This document shows positions 41,430 through 51,000 of a DNA stretch of 64,000 bases, piece after piece. The position numbers and the translations under genes are program-made. This DNA comes from an uncultured Acidimicrobiia bacterium. GTDB taxonomy: Bacteria; Acidobacteriota; Terriglobia; Versatilivoradales; Versatilivoraceae. How positions within the stretch are numbered: position 1 is the stretch's first letter; every line of letters starts with the position of its first letter. A model generated the notes under the pieces. That model was not told the origin of the DNA, ran no database searches, and saw nothing but the letters and a program-made list of their open reading frames with translations. Location: contig CAWBAT010000005.1 of assembly GCA_963786955.1 (NCBI GenBank), positions 650,860 to 714,859 on the forward strand, written 5' to 3'.

Positions 41430-41996
41430 ATGCCATTTAAGATTGAGTCCCGTCACTTGGGCGAGATAGTGGTCATCGTTCCGGATGTATTCGAAGATCA
41501 GCGTGGTTTCTTCATGGAAACGTTTCGTGAGGATCATTTCGCCCAGTCAGGGTTGCCTACCCGTTTCTCCCAGGACAATCATTCACGGTCGACACATGGA
41601 GTCCTGCGCGGACTTCACTTCCAATGGGATCCCCCCATGGGGAAGTTGATGCGGGTTACCTATGGTGAGGCTTATCTGGTTGCAGTCGATATCCGGAAGG
41701 GTTCTCCTTCGCTCGGCCAATGGTTCGGCATTGAGGCCTCTGCTCAGAACCGACGGCAGGTCTGGGCCCCGCCAGGATTTGCGAGAGGTTTTTGCGTACT
41801 CTCTGATTCCGCCGAGATCCAATACAAATGTACTGGAATTTACAACAGCAATGCGGAATCGGGAATTCGTTGGGATGATCCCGCGATTGCAATAAAATGG
41901 CCGGTCAAGGACCCTATCCTGTCAGGAAAAGATGCTGTCGCGAGGACCCTTTCAGAATGGCTGGCTTCAAAGGAATCGGATCATTTCCGCTTCTGA
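41430..41996 (+). CDS. dTDP-4-dehydrorhamnose 3,5-epimerase family cupin (RmlC-like sugar-nucleotide epimerase)
   Basis: 188 aa with …VPDVFEDQRGFFMETF…THGVLRGLHFQ…GKLMRVTYGEAYLVAVDIRKGSPSLGQWFG… (RmlC motifs). Confidence 0.8.
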   Translation: MPFKIESRHLGEIVVIVPDVFEDQRGFFMETFREDHFAQSGLPTRFSQDNHSRSTHGVLRGLHFQWDPPMGKLMRVTYGEAYLVAVDIRKGSPSLGQWFGIEASAQNRRQVWAPPGFARGFCVLSDSAEIQYKCTGIYNSNAESGIRWDDPAIAIKWPVKDPILSGKDAVARTLSEWLASKESDHFRF

Positions 41997-42185
41997 GTTC
42001 CAACCCTAAAATCCCTTGACGCTGGGTCGCGATTGGGATAGCTTTTACAAGGCTTGATTGCCGTAAGTTATTGTTTTTCAAGTCTAGTGAATTTTTGGAC
42101 TAGCAGAAAATGGATTGTAACGTACACAGAATTAAAGGCCTAGCCCCAAGAGAAAATTGCAGGTTGGATTTAGCTTTGGGGAGCT

Positions 42186-42466
42186 TTGAAAACGGAGGAT
42201 GTGTTGATGAAAGACTCCGAATTTGTCAAAGCTCTCAAGGAAATGAAACTTCGGTATCCTGAAGGAGAGATAACGAACTACAACCCGGAAAAGGGTTATG
42301 GGTTCATTACCAGTGAGAAAGGAGAAAAGATATTTTTCTTTCTTCCTGAAGTCGACACGATAGGATGTCGTGCCAGATGATATTCGCAAGGGGGTTCGAG
42401 TCGGATTTGACGTTTCCCTGACGTCCAAAGGCAGAAGAATCTCCAGAATTAAGGTACTTGACTAAC
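42186..42466 (+). CDS. cold-shock domain protein with N-terminal extension; frame break near 42365
   Basis: YNPEKGYGFITSEKGEKIFFFLPEV (RNP1/RNP2-like CSD core). The C-terminal strands continue in another frame (…DDIRKGVRVGFDVSLTSKGRRISRIKVLD*). Confidence 0.5.
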
Positions 42467-42690
42467 AGGAGATTCTCAAGAATCTTATCCTTAAAGAGTA
42501 TTATTGACCTTCAGGTAATTTCCTTGAAGAGTTGAAGTGTATATCTAAAATACAGAAATTGTTTTGGAAACCACCATCTTTTCTCCATCAAGAATACGAT
42601 GGTGGTTTTTTATTCCCAAGTTAAAAAAAGGAGATTGTTTCGCCCCCTTCGATAGAATTCTCTTGGGCCCCCGATGAAACACAAAGATCC

Positions 42691-43044
42691 ATGCAAGATT
42701 ATTTCCCGTTAATTCTGATGTTCGTGGTGACAGGCTTACTCGTTGGAGTCATCCTTTTCTTAGCCAGCCTCCTCGGACCGAAGAAACCGAGCCTGATGAA
42801 GAATTCTCCTTTTGAGTGTGGCTATCAGCCATTTCAGTTGCCCACCGACCGTTTCTTCATTCGCTTCTACCTCATTGCGATGCTTTTCATCTTGTTTGAC
42901 ATTGAAGTGATCTTTCTCTATCCCTGGGCGGTCGTTTTCAAGTCCCTTGGATTGAGAGGCTTTATGGGGATTGTAGTCTTTATTCTGGTTCTCGGGGCTG
43001 GTTACATTTACGCATGGAAGAAGGGTGCGTTCCAATGGGAGTAG
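42691..43044 (+). CDS. nuoA: NADH-quinone oxidoreductase subunit A
   Basis: 117 aa with 3 TM helices and …KNSPFECGYQPF… (NuoA/ND3 signature). Confidence 0.85.
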   Translation: MQDYFPLILMFVVTGLLVGVILFLASLLGPKKPSLMKNSPFECGYQPFQLPTDRFFIRFYLIAMLFILFDIEVIFLYPWAVVFKSLGLRGFMGIVVFILVLGAGYIYAWKKGAFQWE

Positions 43045-43078
43045 CTTCACGTCTGATGGAGGCTGCTTTCACCGTTTT

Positions 43079-44107
43079 ATGTCGATTCAAGAGATAAAAC
43101 GAAGGCTACATTCACTTAGCGGTGTTGTAAAGGATGAGGCTCAGATCCTCATTCTGATGCATGACAACCCAGATCCTGACTCCCTAGCCAGTGCTTTTGG
43201 GCTTCAATATCTACTCAACAGTCTCGCTGGGAAGCCTTCGTTAATTGGTTATTCGGGAATTGTAGGGCGGGCTGAGAATCGGGCAATGATCAAGCATCTG
43301 GACATCAGGCTTTGTCCGTTATCAAGAATTCCCATCAAAGAATATCCCTGTATCGCCATGGTGGACACCCAACCTTCGACTGGAAACAATTCGCTGCCGA
43401 CCAGACTCTTGCCTAAGATTGTCTTCGACCATCATCCGTTCCGGTCGGCCAGCCGGAGAGTCGCCTATCGAGAAATTAAGACGAAGTACAACGTCACTGC
43501 TTCGATCATCACCGAGTATTTGATCGCCTCGAAGCTTGAGTTCGATTTCAAACTCGCAACGGCACTTTTTTATGCCATCAAAAGTGAGACCGAGGGGCTC
43601 TCCAGAGAAGTCGGCAAGATCGAAGCCCGCTTGAGACATTATCTCTATCCCCATGTAGATCAGAAGCTCTTAGCGAACATCGAGAATGCCCGCGTGAGCA
43701 AAGAGTACTTCCAGACGATACACTCCGCACTGGAAAACAGTATGATTTACGGGGACGCCGTAGTCGCTAAGATTGAAAATGTTCAAAATCCGCACATCGT
43801 TGCCGAAGTTGCCGATTTTTTGATGAGGCTAGAAAAAATCAAATGGGGCTTTTGTTTCGGGACCTACAACGGAGATGTTCTGATTTCGGCACGGACTATC
43901 GAGCGCAGTAACGACGCGGGGAGCCTGATGCGAGAAGCCTTTGGGGATTTGGGGGCTGCCGGGGGACATGAAATGATGGCAGGGGCCAAGATTAGCCTCA
44001 AAACTACGTCTCTCCAGGGTAAGAGATCCTTCGTACGTCAATTAATTTTCAAAGCGCTGGAGCTGACGGGAAATGACCCGAAAGATGGGGAAAGGCTGGT
44101 CGAATAA
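43079..44107 (+). CDS. DHH/DHHA1 family phosphoesterase (NrnA-like nanoRNase/pAp phosphatase)
   Basis: Motifs ILMHDNPDPDSLASA (DxD), …VFDHHPF (DHH), and GAAGGHEMMAGAKI (the GGGH of DHHA1). Sits where nuoB/nuoC would be expected. Confidence 0.7.
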   Translation: MSIQEIKRRLHSLSGVVKDEAQILILMHDNPDPDSLASAFGLQYLLNSLAGKPSLIGYSGIVGRAENRAMIKHLDIRLCPLSRIPIKEYPCIAMVDTQPSTGNNSLPTRLLPKIVFDHHPFRSASRRVAYREIKTKYNVTASIITEYLIASKLEFDFKLATALFYAIKSETEGLSREVGKIEARLRHYLYPHVDQKLLANIENARVSKEYFQTIHSALENSMIYGDAVVAKIENVQNPHIVAEVADFLMRLEKIKWGFCFGTYNGDVLISARTIERSNDAGSLMREAFGDLGAAGGHEMMAGAKISLKTTSLQGKRSFVRQLIFKALELTGNDPKDGERLVE

Positions 44108-44116
44108 TATAGCCCT

Positions 44117-45471
44117 ATGACAACTCCATCCGTCGATGTTCAGCAATCGAGCTGACAACCCATAGTACCCTGCTGAATATCGGTCCTTCTCATCCGGCCA
44201 TGCATGGTGTGATTCGAATCATCACCCAGCTGGAAGGTGAGACGATTGTTAAGGCTGATATTGAAATTGGTTATCTACACCGTGGGTTTGAAAAAAGTTG
44301 TGAACAGGGAGGTTACAACCACCCTATCCCTTATACCGACCGGCTGAACTATGTTTCCCCGCTCATCAACAATTTTGGCTACTGCATGGCGGTGGAAAAG
44401 CTCATGGGAATCCAGGTCACGGAAAGATGCCAGTATATTCGGGTACTCATGAGCGAGATTTCTAGGGTTTGTGACCACCTCACTTGTATCGGGGCCTCGG
44501 CCATGGAACTCGGGGCCATGACTGTTTTCTTGTATATGATCAAGGCGCGTGAATTTCTGTGGGAGCTAGTAGAGTCTGTGACTGGTGCGCGCTTGACGAT
44601 ATCTTATGGGCGAGTCGGAGGCGTGAGCGGGGATCTCCCAGCGGACTTCGGCGCAAACGCCGCTGGCACGTTCAAGAAAGTGCGCGAAGTGCTTATCGAA
44701 GTGGACCGTTTACTCTCGCGCAACCGAATTTTCGTCGACCGCATGCAAGGCACCGGTTTAATCAAGCGGGAAGATGCCATCGCTTACAGTTTCACCGGAC
44801 CGGTAGCACGGTCTGTCGGGATTGACTATGACGTTCGACGGGATCAGCCCTACATGGTCTATGATCAACTGCAGTTTGATGTCCCCCTCGGGTCCATGGG
44901 TGACAATCTGGACCGTTACCATGTACGGATGGAGGAGATGCAACAGAGTCTACGCATCGCAGAACAAGCATTGAATAAAATGCCCAAAGGACCTGTTCAG
45001 GTGGATTCCGAAGGGAAAGTCGTTGAAGCGCATGAAATGGTGGATCGCGCAAAAATGGGCCGAACCCGAGGGATCCGAGATACTTTGGTCCAGCTATCTC
45101 CGAATCTGGAAGGGTTGGAAGGCCCCGCGTATGACGAGGTCACTGCCAAGGAAAAACGGGCCGTACTTCCTGCCAAGAGCGACACATACGGAAACATTGA
45201 AGGGCTCATGAACCATTTCATGCTGATCATGCACGGTCATGGAATCCATCCGCCAAAAGGTGAAGCTTATGCTGCGGTTGAAGCCGCCAACGGTGAGCTG
45301 GGCTTTTATGTTGTCAGTGATGGCTCCGATCGACCGTATCGGGTTCGAGTACGTCCCCCCTGCTTCACTCTGATGGCAGGCCTTCACAAAATGATTGAAG
45401 GGTCTATGATGGCGGACCTCATTCCTACTTTCGGCTCGATCAATATGATTGCCGGAGAACTGGACCGATGA
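44117..45471 (+). CDS. nuoD: NADH-quinone oxidoreductase subunit D (49-kDa subunit); frame break near the N-terminus
   Basis: …LLNIGPSHPAMHGVIRIITQLEGETIVKADIEIGYLHRGFEK…. ATG at 44117 (MTTPSVDVQQSS) is in frame 2 and the body is in frame 1 from about 44150. The table ORF is 44200-45471. Confidence 0.85.
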
Positions 45472-45643
45472 ATCTCGAAGCACATCGTTCTCGATTAGGG
45501 AATTCTTAGGCTTATTTCAGCAGGGGGAAGTTGACACAGGGTCTCCCGTTTGTCAGCCGAAGCTTGGCCGCCCTTAAGGCTTATGGTTTGATTTTAGAAG
45601 TTGAAGGCTGCGCTTAATCTTCAATTCAGAGAATCTCGGAAAC

Positions 45644-46921
45644 ATGGCAGAACTCGCACTTTTAAGAGACGTGCAGGAAAGAAATCTGATGACGGTCGAA
45701 GACTACCGTCAGGTGAATGGTTTCGAGACGCTTCGCAAATCTCTTTTTGAGATGAAACCCGAACAGGTCACCGAGGAAGTCAAGAAGTCGGGATTGAGAG
45801 GCCGCGGAGGTGCAGGTTTTCCAACTGGAATGAAATGGAGCTTTATTCCGAAAAACTTGGATAAGCCTCACTATCTGGTGATTAATGCCGACGAAAGCGA
45901 GCCTGGAACCTGCAAGGACCGCGTGATTATTGAAAAAAACCCTTTCCTGCTGATGGAAGGGATCGCTATCGCGAGCTACGCAATCGGGGCGCACACCTGT
46001 TATCTCTACATCCGGGGAGAATATTACGAACAGGCCATGATCCTCAAAAAGGCCATCGAGGATGCTTATCACTACGGTTACTTCGGAAAGAATATCATGG
46101 GTTCCGGCTTCGATCTGGATGTTTATCTCCATCGCGGTGCGGGGGCCTATATCTGTGGTGAAGAAACCGGCTTGCTGCAATCACTGGAGGGTAAGAAAGG
46201 TTGGCCCCGTTTAAAACCTCCCTTCCCTGCTACCTATGGTCTTTATGGCTGCCCTACAGTCATTAACAATGTAGAAACCATTTCCGCAGTCGTCCCCATT
46301 TTACAACGAGGAGGAGACTGGTACGCCAGCCTTGGTACTCCCAAGAATGGGGGAACGCGACTCTTTTCGGTAAGCGGTCATGTCAAGAAGCCAGGAAATT
46401 ACGAACTGCCCATGGGGACTTCGCTGCGAACCATCATTTACGATATTGCGGGGGGCATTAAAGGCGACAAGAAGTTAAAAGCGGTCATTCCTGGGGGCAG
46501 TTCAGTGCCGGTGCTGACAGCCGAAGAAATTGACGTTAAGATGGATTTCGATTCCGTGGCGGCGATTGGTTCCCTGTTGGGTTCCGGGGGAGTAATCGTC
46601 ATGGACGAAAGCACGTGTATGGTGAAAGCGCTATTGCGGATTTCGAAGTTTTATGACCATGAGTCCTGCGGACAGTGCACACCTTGCCGGGAAGGGACCG
46701 CCTGGTTGAGAAAAACCCTCCAGCGCGTCTTTGACGGGCAGGCTCAGCCTAGGGATCTGGATCAATTGATGGATGTTGCTTTTAATATGATGGGGACAAC
46801 GATCTGCGCGCTTTCAGATGCAGCCGCGATGCCGGTGCGCAGTTTTCTTCAAAAATTTCGCCAAGAATTCGAATATCACGTCCACGAAAAGCATTGTGAT
46901 GTCGCGCGGCGCAAGAGTTAA
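45644..46921 (+). CDS. nuoF: NADH-quinone oxidoreductase subunit F (51-kDa, FMN/NADH binding)
   Basis: …GLRGRGGAGFPTGMKWSF… and …ESCGQCTPCREGTAW… (4Fe-4S N3). 425 aa. Confidence 0.9.
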   Translation: MAELALLRDVQERNLMTVEDYRQVNGFETLRKSLFEMKPEQVTEEVKKSGLRGRGGAGFPTGMKWSFIPKNLDKPHYLVINADESEPGTCKDRVIIEKNPFLLMEGIAIASYAIGAHTCYLYIRGEYYEQAMILKKAIEDAYHYGYFGKNIMGSGFDLDVYLHRGAGAYICGEETGLLQSLEGKKGWPRLKPPFPATYGLYGCPTVINNVETISAVVPILQRGGDWYASLGTPKNGGTRLFSVSGHVKKPGNYELPMGTSLRTIIYDIAGGIKGDKKLKAVIPGGSSVPVLTAEEIDVKMDFDSVAAIGSLLGSGGVIVMDESTCMVKALLRISKFYDHESCGQCTPCREGTAWLRKTLQRVFDGQAQPRDLDQLMDVAFNMMGTTICALSDAAAMPVRSFLQKFRQEFEYHVHEKHCDVARRKS

Positions 46922-46961
46922 CAGCGGTCCACGGATCGCGGCAGAGTAATATCGAGTTCCT

Positions 46962-48587
46962 ATGCCAACGGTTACAATAAATCAACAGTCCATCGTTATT
47001 CCCGAAGGGACCACGATTATTCAAGCAGCCCAACAGTTGGGGATCGAGATCCCTCATTACTGTTATCACCCCGGGCTCAGCACCGCCGGTTCCTGCCGCA
47101 TGTGTCTGGTGGAAATAGAGAAAAATCCCAAGTTACAACCTGCTTGCTATACCCGAATATCGGATGGGATGGTGATTTACACCAATACCGAGAAAGTGAA
47201 GCAGATGGTGAGCGGCGTTCTGGAATTCCTGCTCATTAACCATCCGCTGGACTGTCCTGTGTGCGACCAGGCCGGTGAGTGCTTTTTGCAGGAATATTAT
47301 ATGAAGTTCGGGCTTTACGACAGCCGGATGAACGAAGACAAGATCAAACGGCATAAGGCCCAGGCGATTGGCCCGCATGTCATGCTGGACACCGAGCGGT
47401 GCATTCTATGTTCACGTTGCGTCCGCTTCGTCGAAGAGGTCTCGGATAGCCATGAGATTGGCATATTGAACCGCGGAGGTCGATCAGAAATTCGATTGCT
47501 TCCTGACAAGGCCCTGGACAATAACTATTCCGGAAATGTAGTCGATATTTGCCCGGTAGGGGCGTTGACGGATCGCAATTTCCGCTTCCAATGCAGGGTG
47601 TGGTATCTGGACAAGACCAATTCTGTCTGCAACGGTTGTAGCCGCGGCTGCAATATAACCGTGGAAGCCAATACCGAGCGGCCTCATCATGCTGAGGGCC
47701 GGCGCATTATGCGCTTAAAACCCCGCTACAACCCAGAAGTCAACCAGTGGTGGATCTGCGATATCGGTCGCTATGGTTTCGAATTCATCGACGACCCTTC
47801 ACGCCTGGCAAGTTGTTTGGAGAGGCGAGAGGGTCAGCAAGAATCGATTGAATGGCATGAAGCACTCGGGAAAGCTTCTCAGCGGTTGTCTGATGCATTG
47901 CATCATCAGGGCGACGAATCGGCGGTCGTGATTGCCTCTCCACAATTGACCAATGAAGATTTGTTCCTCATTCGAAGGTTCTTCGGGGAAGACCTGGGAC
48001 TATCGAAGATTGATTATCGCGTACCAGAGCGAAGCTTGTCGGCAGGAGATAACGTTCTCCTTCTCGCGGATCGAAACCCGAATACGCGGGGAGCAGATGC
48101 CATCTTAAAGAGCGGTGGCGGGTTTAGTTTGCACCAGTTGCTACAATCCCCAACGACCCAAAGCTTCAAACTGCTCTATCTCTTCGAACAGGATCTTGTA
48201 AAGAAGCTTGGCGAAGAAGACGCAAAGTCCTTTCTTTCTAGCTTTGAATATGTGATCTATCAGGGGACCAACGAGAATGAGACCTCTCGCCTGGCCGATT
48301 TAGTTTTACCGAGCGCTACGTATGCTGAAGTTGAGGGAACCTTTACCAATTTTGAAGGAAGAGTCCAGAAAATTAACCGAGCCGTGGCACCATGGGGAGA
48401 TTCCCTCCCCACTTGGCAGATAATGGCCAAGCTGGCAGAAACGCATGGAAAAACATACCCTTATGATTGTTCTGAAGACGTATTTGCGGAACTAGCTGAC
48501 CGAGTGCCCGAATTTGAAAATTTGAGCTATTCCAAGATGGGTGATCGAGGGACAAAAACGATCACAACCGGCCAGATGAAAGCGTAG
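46962..48587 (+). CDS. nuoG: NADH-quinone oxidoreductase subunit G, short form (541 aa)
   Basis: 2Fe-2S region CYHPGLSTAGSCRMCLVEI, HPLDCPVCDQAGEC, CILCSRCVRF and CPVGAL. Lacks the long molybdopterin-like C-terminal extension. Confidence 0.85.
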   Translation: MPTVTINQQSIVIPEGTTIIQAAQQLGIEIPHYCYHPGLSTAGSCRMCLVEIEKNPKLQPACYTRISDGMVIYTNTEKVKQMVSGVLEFLLINHPLDCPVCDQAGECFLQEYYMKFGLYDSRMNEDKIKRHKAQAIGPHVMLDTERCILCSRCVRFVEEVSDSHEIGILNRGGRSEIRLLPDKALDNNYSGNVVDICPVGALTDRNFRFQCRVWYLDKTNSVCNGCSRGCNITVEANTERPHHAEGRRIMRLKPRYNPEVNQWWICDIGRYGFEFIDDPSRLASCLERREGQQESIEWHEALGKASQRLSDALHHQGDESAVVIASPQLTNEDLFLIRRFFGEDLGLSKIDYRVPERSLSAGDNVLLLADRNPNTRGADAILKSGGGFSLHQLLQSPTTQSFKLLYLFEQDLVKKLGEEDAKSFLSSFEYVIYQGTNENETSRLADLVLPSATYAEVEGTFTNFEGRVQKINRAVAPWGDSLPTWQIMAKLAETHGKTYPYDCSEDVFAELADRVPEFENLSYSKMGDRGTKTITTGQMKA

Positions 48588-48700
48588 AGATGACTACGAG
48601 GAACCTCTTCTTTTCTGACTTTTCGTTGACAGATTTTGCTCCGAACCTTTTTCCCCACCCGAGATAGACGGCCTTTTTTGACGGAGACTGCTAAATAATT

Positions 48701-49783
48701 ATGCTGGCAACTCTTGGAATCGAACTCGCAAAGGTTTTGGTCGTATTAATTGGCGTCCTAAATCTGGCGGCTATTTTGACCTGGATGGAGCGAAAGCAAA
48801 GTGCCGTCATGCAAGACCGCATTGGGGCAAACCGGGCCTCGATTTTTGGCTTTCGCTTGTTTGGACTTTTTCAAGTTCTCGCAGACGGATTAAAGATGTT
48901 TACCAAAGAAGAATTTGTTCCCGAAAAAGCCCATCGTTTCATTCACACCCTGGCACCCTTTCTGGCTGCCTTCTTTGCGCTGATAGGCTTTGCCGTCATC
49001 CCGTTCGGAAATGTGGTCACGTTGTTTGGCCGCGAGATCAATCTTCAGATCATTGATTTGAATGTAGGCGTTTTATTTATCTTTGCTGCCATGTCTCTCG
49101 GGATTTATGGGGTTGTGTTGGCTGGATGGTCCTCCAACAATAATTATGCGTTTCTTGGCGGAATGCGCGGTAGTTCCCAAATGTTTTCTTACGAGATAAC
49201 CATTGGGGCAACGATTCTGGGAGTACTCATGATCTTCGAGTCCATGAGCTTGCAAGATATTGTGAGAGGCCAGGGGCAGTTGCTCTGGGGATTTCTCCCT
49301 AAGTGGGGATTTGTTGTTCAGCCCATTGGATGCATTTTGTTTCTAGTTGCCGGAATAGCCGAAACCAAGCGTGTCCCTTTTGATCTGCCCGAAGGTGAAT
49401 CTGAAATTATCGGTTATTTCGTCGAATACAGTAGCATGAAGTTTGGTCTGTTCATGCTTACTGACTTCGTTGAAACGGTTCTTATTGCTGCCTTGGTCAC
49501 CACCCTATTCTTTGGTGGCTGGCAAGTGCCGTATTTGTACCAGAACGGCTTTTCTTTCCCCGGCGGGATGACGGTTGAAATTTCGCAAATCTGGGTCGCT
49601 CTCTTCCAGGTTCTGTCTTACGGAATTAAGGTCTTTTTCTTTTGTTGGCTTCTCTTATTAATCCGGTGGACCTTGCCGCGCTTTCGTTATGACCAGCTCA
49701 TGCGGCTTGGCTGGCAGATGATTTTTCCGCTCTCGATTCTGAACCTGCTGGTCACGGGCGCGGTAATCCTCCTCCTTCAATAA
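48701..49783 (+). CDS. nuoH: NADH-quinone oxidoreductase subunit H (ND1)
   Basis: 360 aa, multi-TM, with …AAILTWMERKQSAVMQDRIGANRA…, …IPFDLPEGESEIIGYFVEYSSMKFGLFML… and …RWTLPRFRYDQLM… (NuoH hallmarks). Confidence 0.9.
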   Translation: MLATLGIELAKVLVVLIGVLNLAAILTWMERKQSAVMQDRIGANRASIFGFRLFGLFQVLADGLKMFTKEEFVPEKAHRFIHTLAPFLAAFFALIGFAVIPFGNVVTLFGREINLQIIDLNVGVLFIFAAMSLGIYGVVLAGWSSNNNYAFLGGMRGSSQMFSYEITIGATILGVLMIFESMSLQDIVRGQGQLLWGFLPKWGFVVQPIGCILFLVAGIAETKRVPFDLPEGESEIIGYFVEYSSMKFGLFMLTDFVETVLIAALVTTLFFGGWQVPYLYQNGFSFPGGMTVEISQIWVALFQVLSYGIKVFFFCWLLLLIRWTLPRFRYDQLMRLGWQMIFPLSILNLLVTGAVILLLQ

Positions 49784-49800
49784 TTTCAAAGAATGGACTT

Positions 49801-50292
49801 ATGGAACGACGCGAATTGACTTTTGTCGAACGATTCTACCTGGTAGAAGTTTTCAAGGGGCTTTGGCTCACCGGACGGCACTTCTTCTTGAATTTGAGCA
49901 AACATATCAAGACACAACTCGGGCTCAATACTCTGGAAAAAGGCGCGGTGACTTTTCAGTACCCTGAAGAGCGGCGCCCCTTTTCCCCGCGCTATCGGAG
50001 CCGTCATCGGTTAACCCAGCGTGAAAACGGGAGTCCCCGTTGTGTTGCCTGCATGATGTGTGAAACAGCATGCCCAGCCCGTTGTATCTACATCGTGGCC
50101 GGCGAGCATCCAGATCCCAACGTCGAGAAATATCCCATCCGTTTTGATATCGACCTTGGCGTCTGCATTTTTTGCGGTTTTTGCGTAGAGGCTTGCCCGG
50201 AGGACGCGATTCGTATGGATACTGGAATCGTCGAGATTGCCGCCTACAGCCGAAAAGAAATGATTTATCATATTGAAGACCTACTGCAGTAG
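49801..50292 (+). CDS. nuoI: NADH-quinone oxidoreductase subunit I (2x[4Fe-4S] ferredoxin, TYKY)
   Basis: CVACMMCETACP and CIFCGFCVEACP motifs. 163 aa. Confidence 0.9.
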   Translation: MERRELTFVERFYLVEVFKGLWLTGRHFFLNLSKHIKTQLGLNTLEKGAVTFQYPEERRPFSPRYRSRHRLTQRENGSPRCVACMMCETACPARCIYIVAGEHPDPNVEKYPIRFDIDLGVCIFCGFCVEACPEDAIRMDTGIVEIAAYSRKEMIYHIEDLLQ

Positions 50293-50434
50293 ATCATCCG
50301 ATCGTCCTTTCCATTTTCCAGGCGTATCCGCCTCTAGCCTTCGCGGGTGGCGAAGACATGGGGCTTCAGTGGCAACGTGGCACATTCATAATTCCGATTG
50401 GAAATATTCATCAGACGTACAACATCTTCGTTCC

Positions 50435-50815
50435 ATGCAAAACACCATGAGACTCCAGTTCGGATTAGCAATGCTGGCTTGTTGTGTTCTAGACGGGTGT
50501 CATACAACCCAGCCACCGGTCACGAGAGAAGCCCTTGTAGGAAGCTATGTCTACAAATCTGAAGACCCTGAAGGCAAGGCGACAGATCACGAGTGGGACC
50601 GTCTGACTTTACAAGCAGATGGGAAGTATGACCTCGTGGAAGAAGGACCAACTAAGCCCAGATCTGAAACTATAGGAAGGTGGACAAGTTGGGCCGGAGT
50701 CAAAGGCACAGAAGTCGTACTGGATAATGCGGGCTATCCGATTCAGATAAAGGGAAATGAAATTAGGCTCTTGATCGATAACGATGTTGGGATATGGTAC
50801 GCGAAATCAAAATGA
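50435..50815 (+). CDS. small lipoprotein of unknown function
   Basis: MRLQFGLAMLACCVLDGC lipobox. The table ORF 50273-50815 has a non-native upstream extension. Confidence 0.4.
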   Translation: MQNTMRLQFGLAMLACCVLDGCHTTQPPVTREALVGSYVYKSEDPEGKATDHEWDRLTLQADGKYDLVEEGPTKPRSETIGRWTSWAGVKGTEVVLDNAGYPIQIKGNEIRLLIDNDVGIWYAKSK

Positions 50816-50883
50816 AGCCCGCCGCTGTCAACGCTCATTTAGAATTGACCCCTTTTTAATCATCAGAATTGACCACCCTGGCT

Positions 50884-51000
50884 GGTGGCGAAGACATGCG
50901 CCCTTTGCATGTCTTCGAAGAAGCTGACTCATTAAAGAGAAATGAGAAAAACAAAACAGTGCCGCACTCAAGAGATTGAATTCTCGCCTTTCCTTAAAGC
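50884..51000 (+). repeat. hairpin-repeat family, copy a (GGTGGCGAAGACATGCGCCCTTTGCATGTCTTC + AT-rich tail), directly 5' of RHS cassette A
   Basis: 10-bp perfect inverted repeat GAAGACATGC/GCATGTCTTC at 50890-50916, then …aaagagaaatgaga…gattgaattctcgcc…cttggcatctatcc. Related copies are in the next features. Confidence 0.7.
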
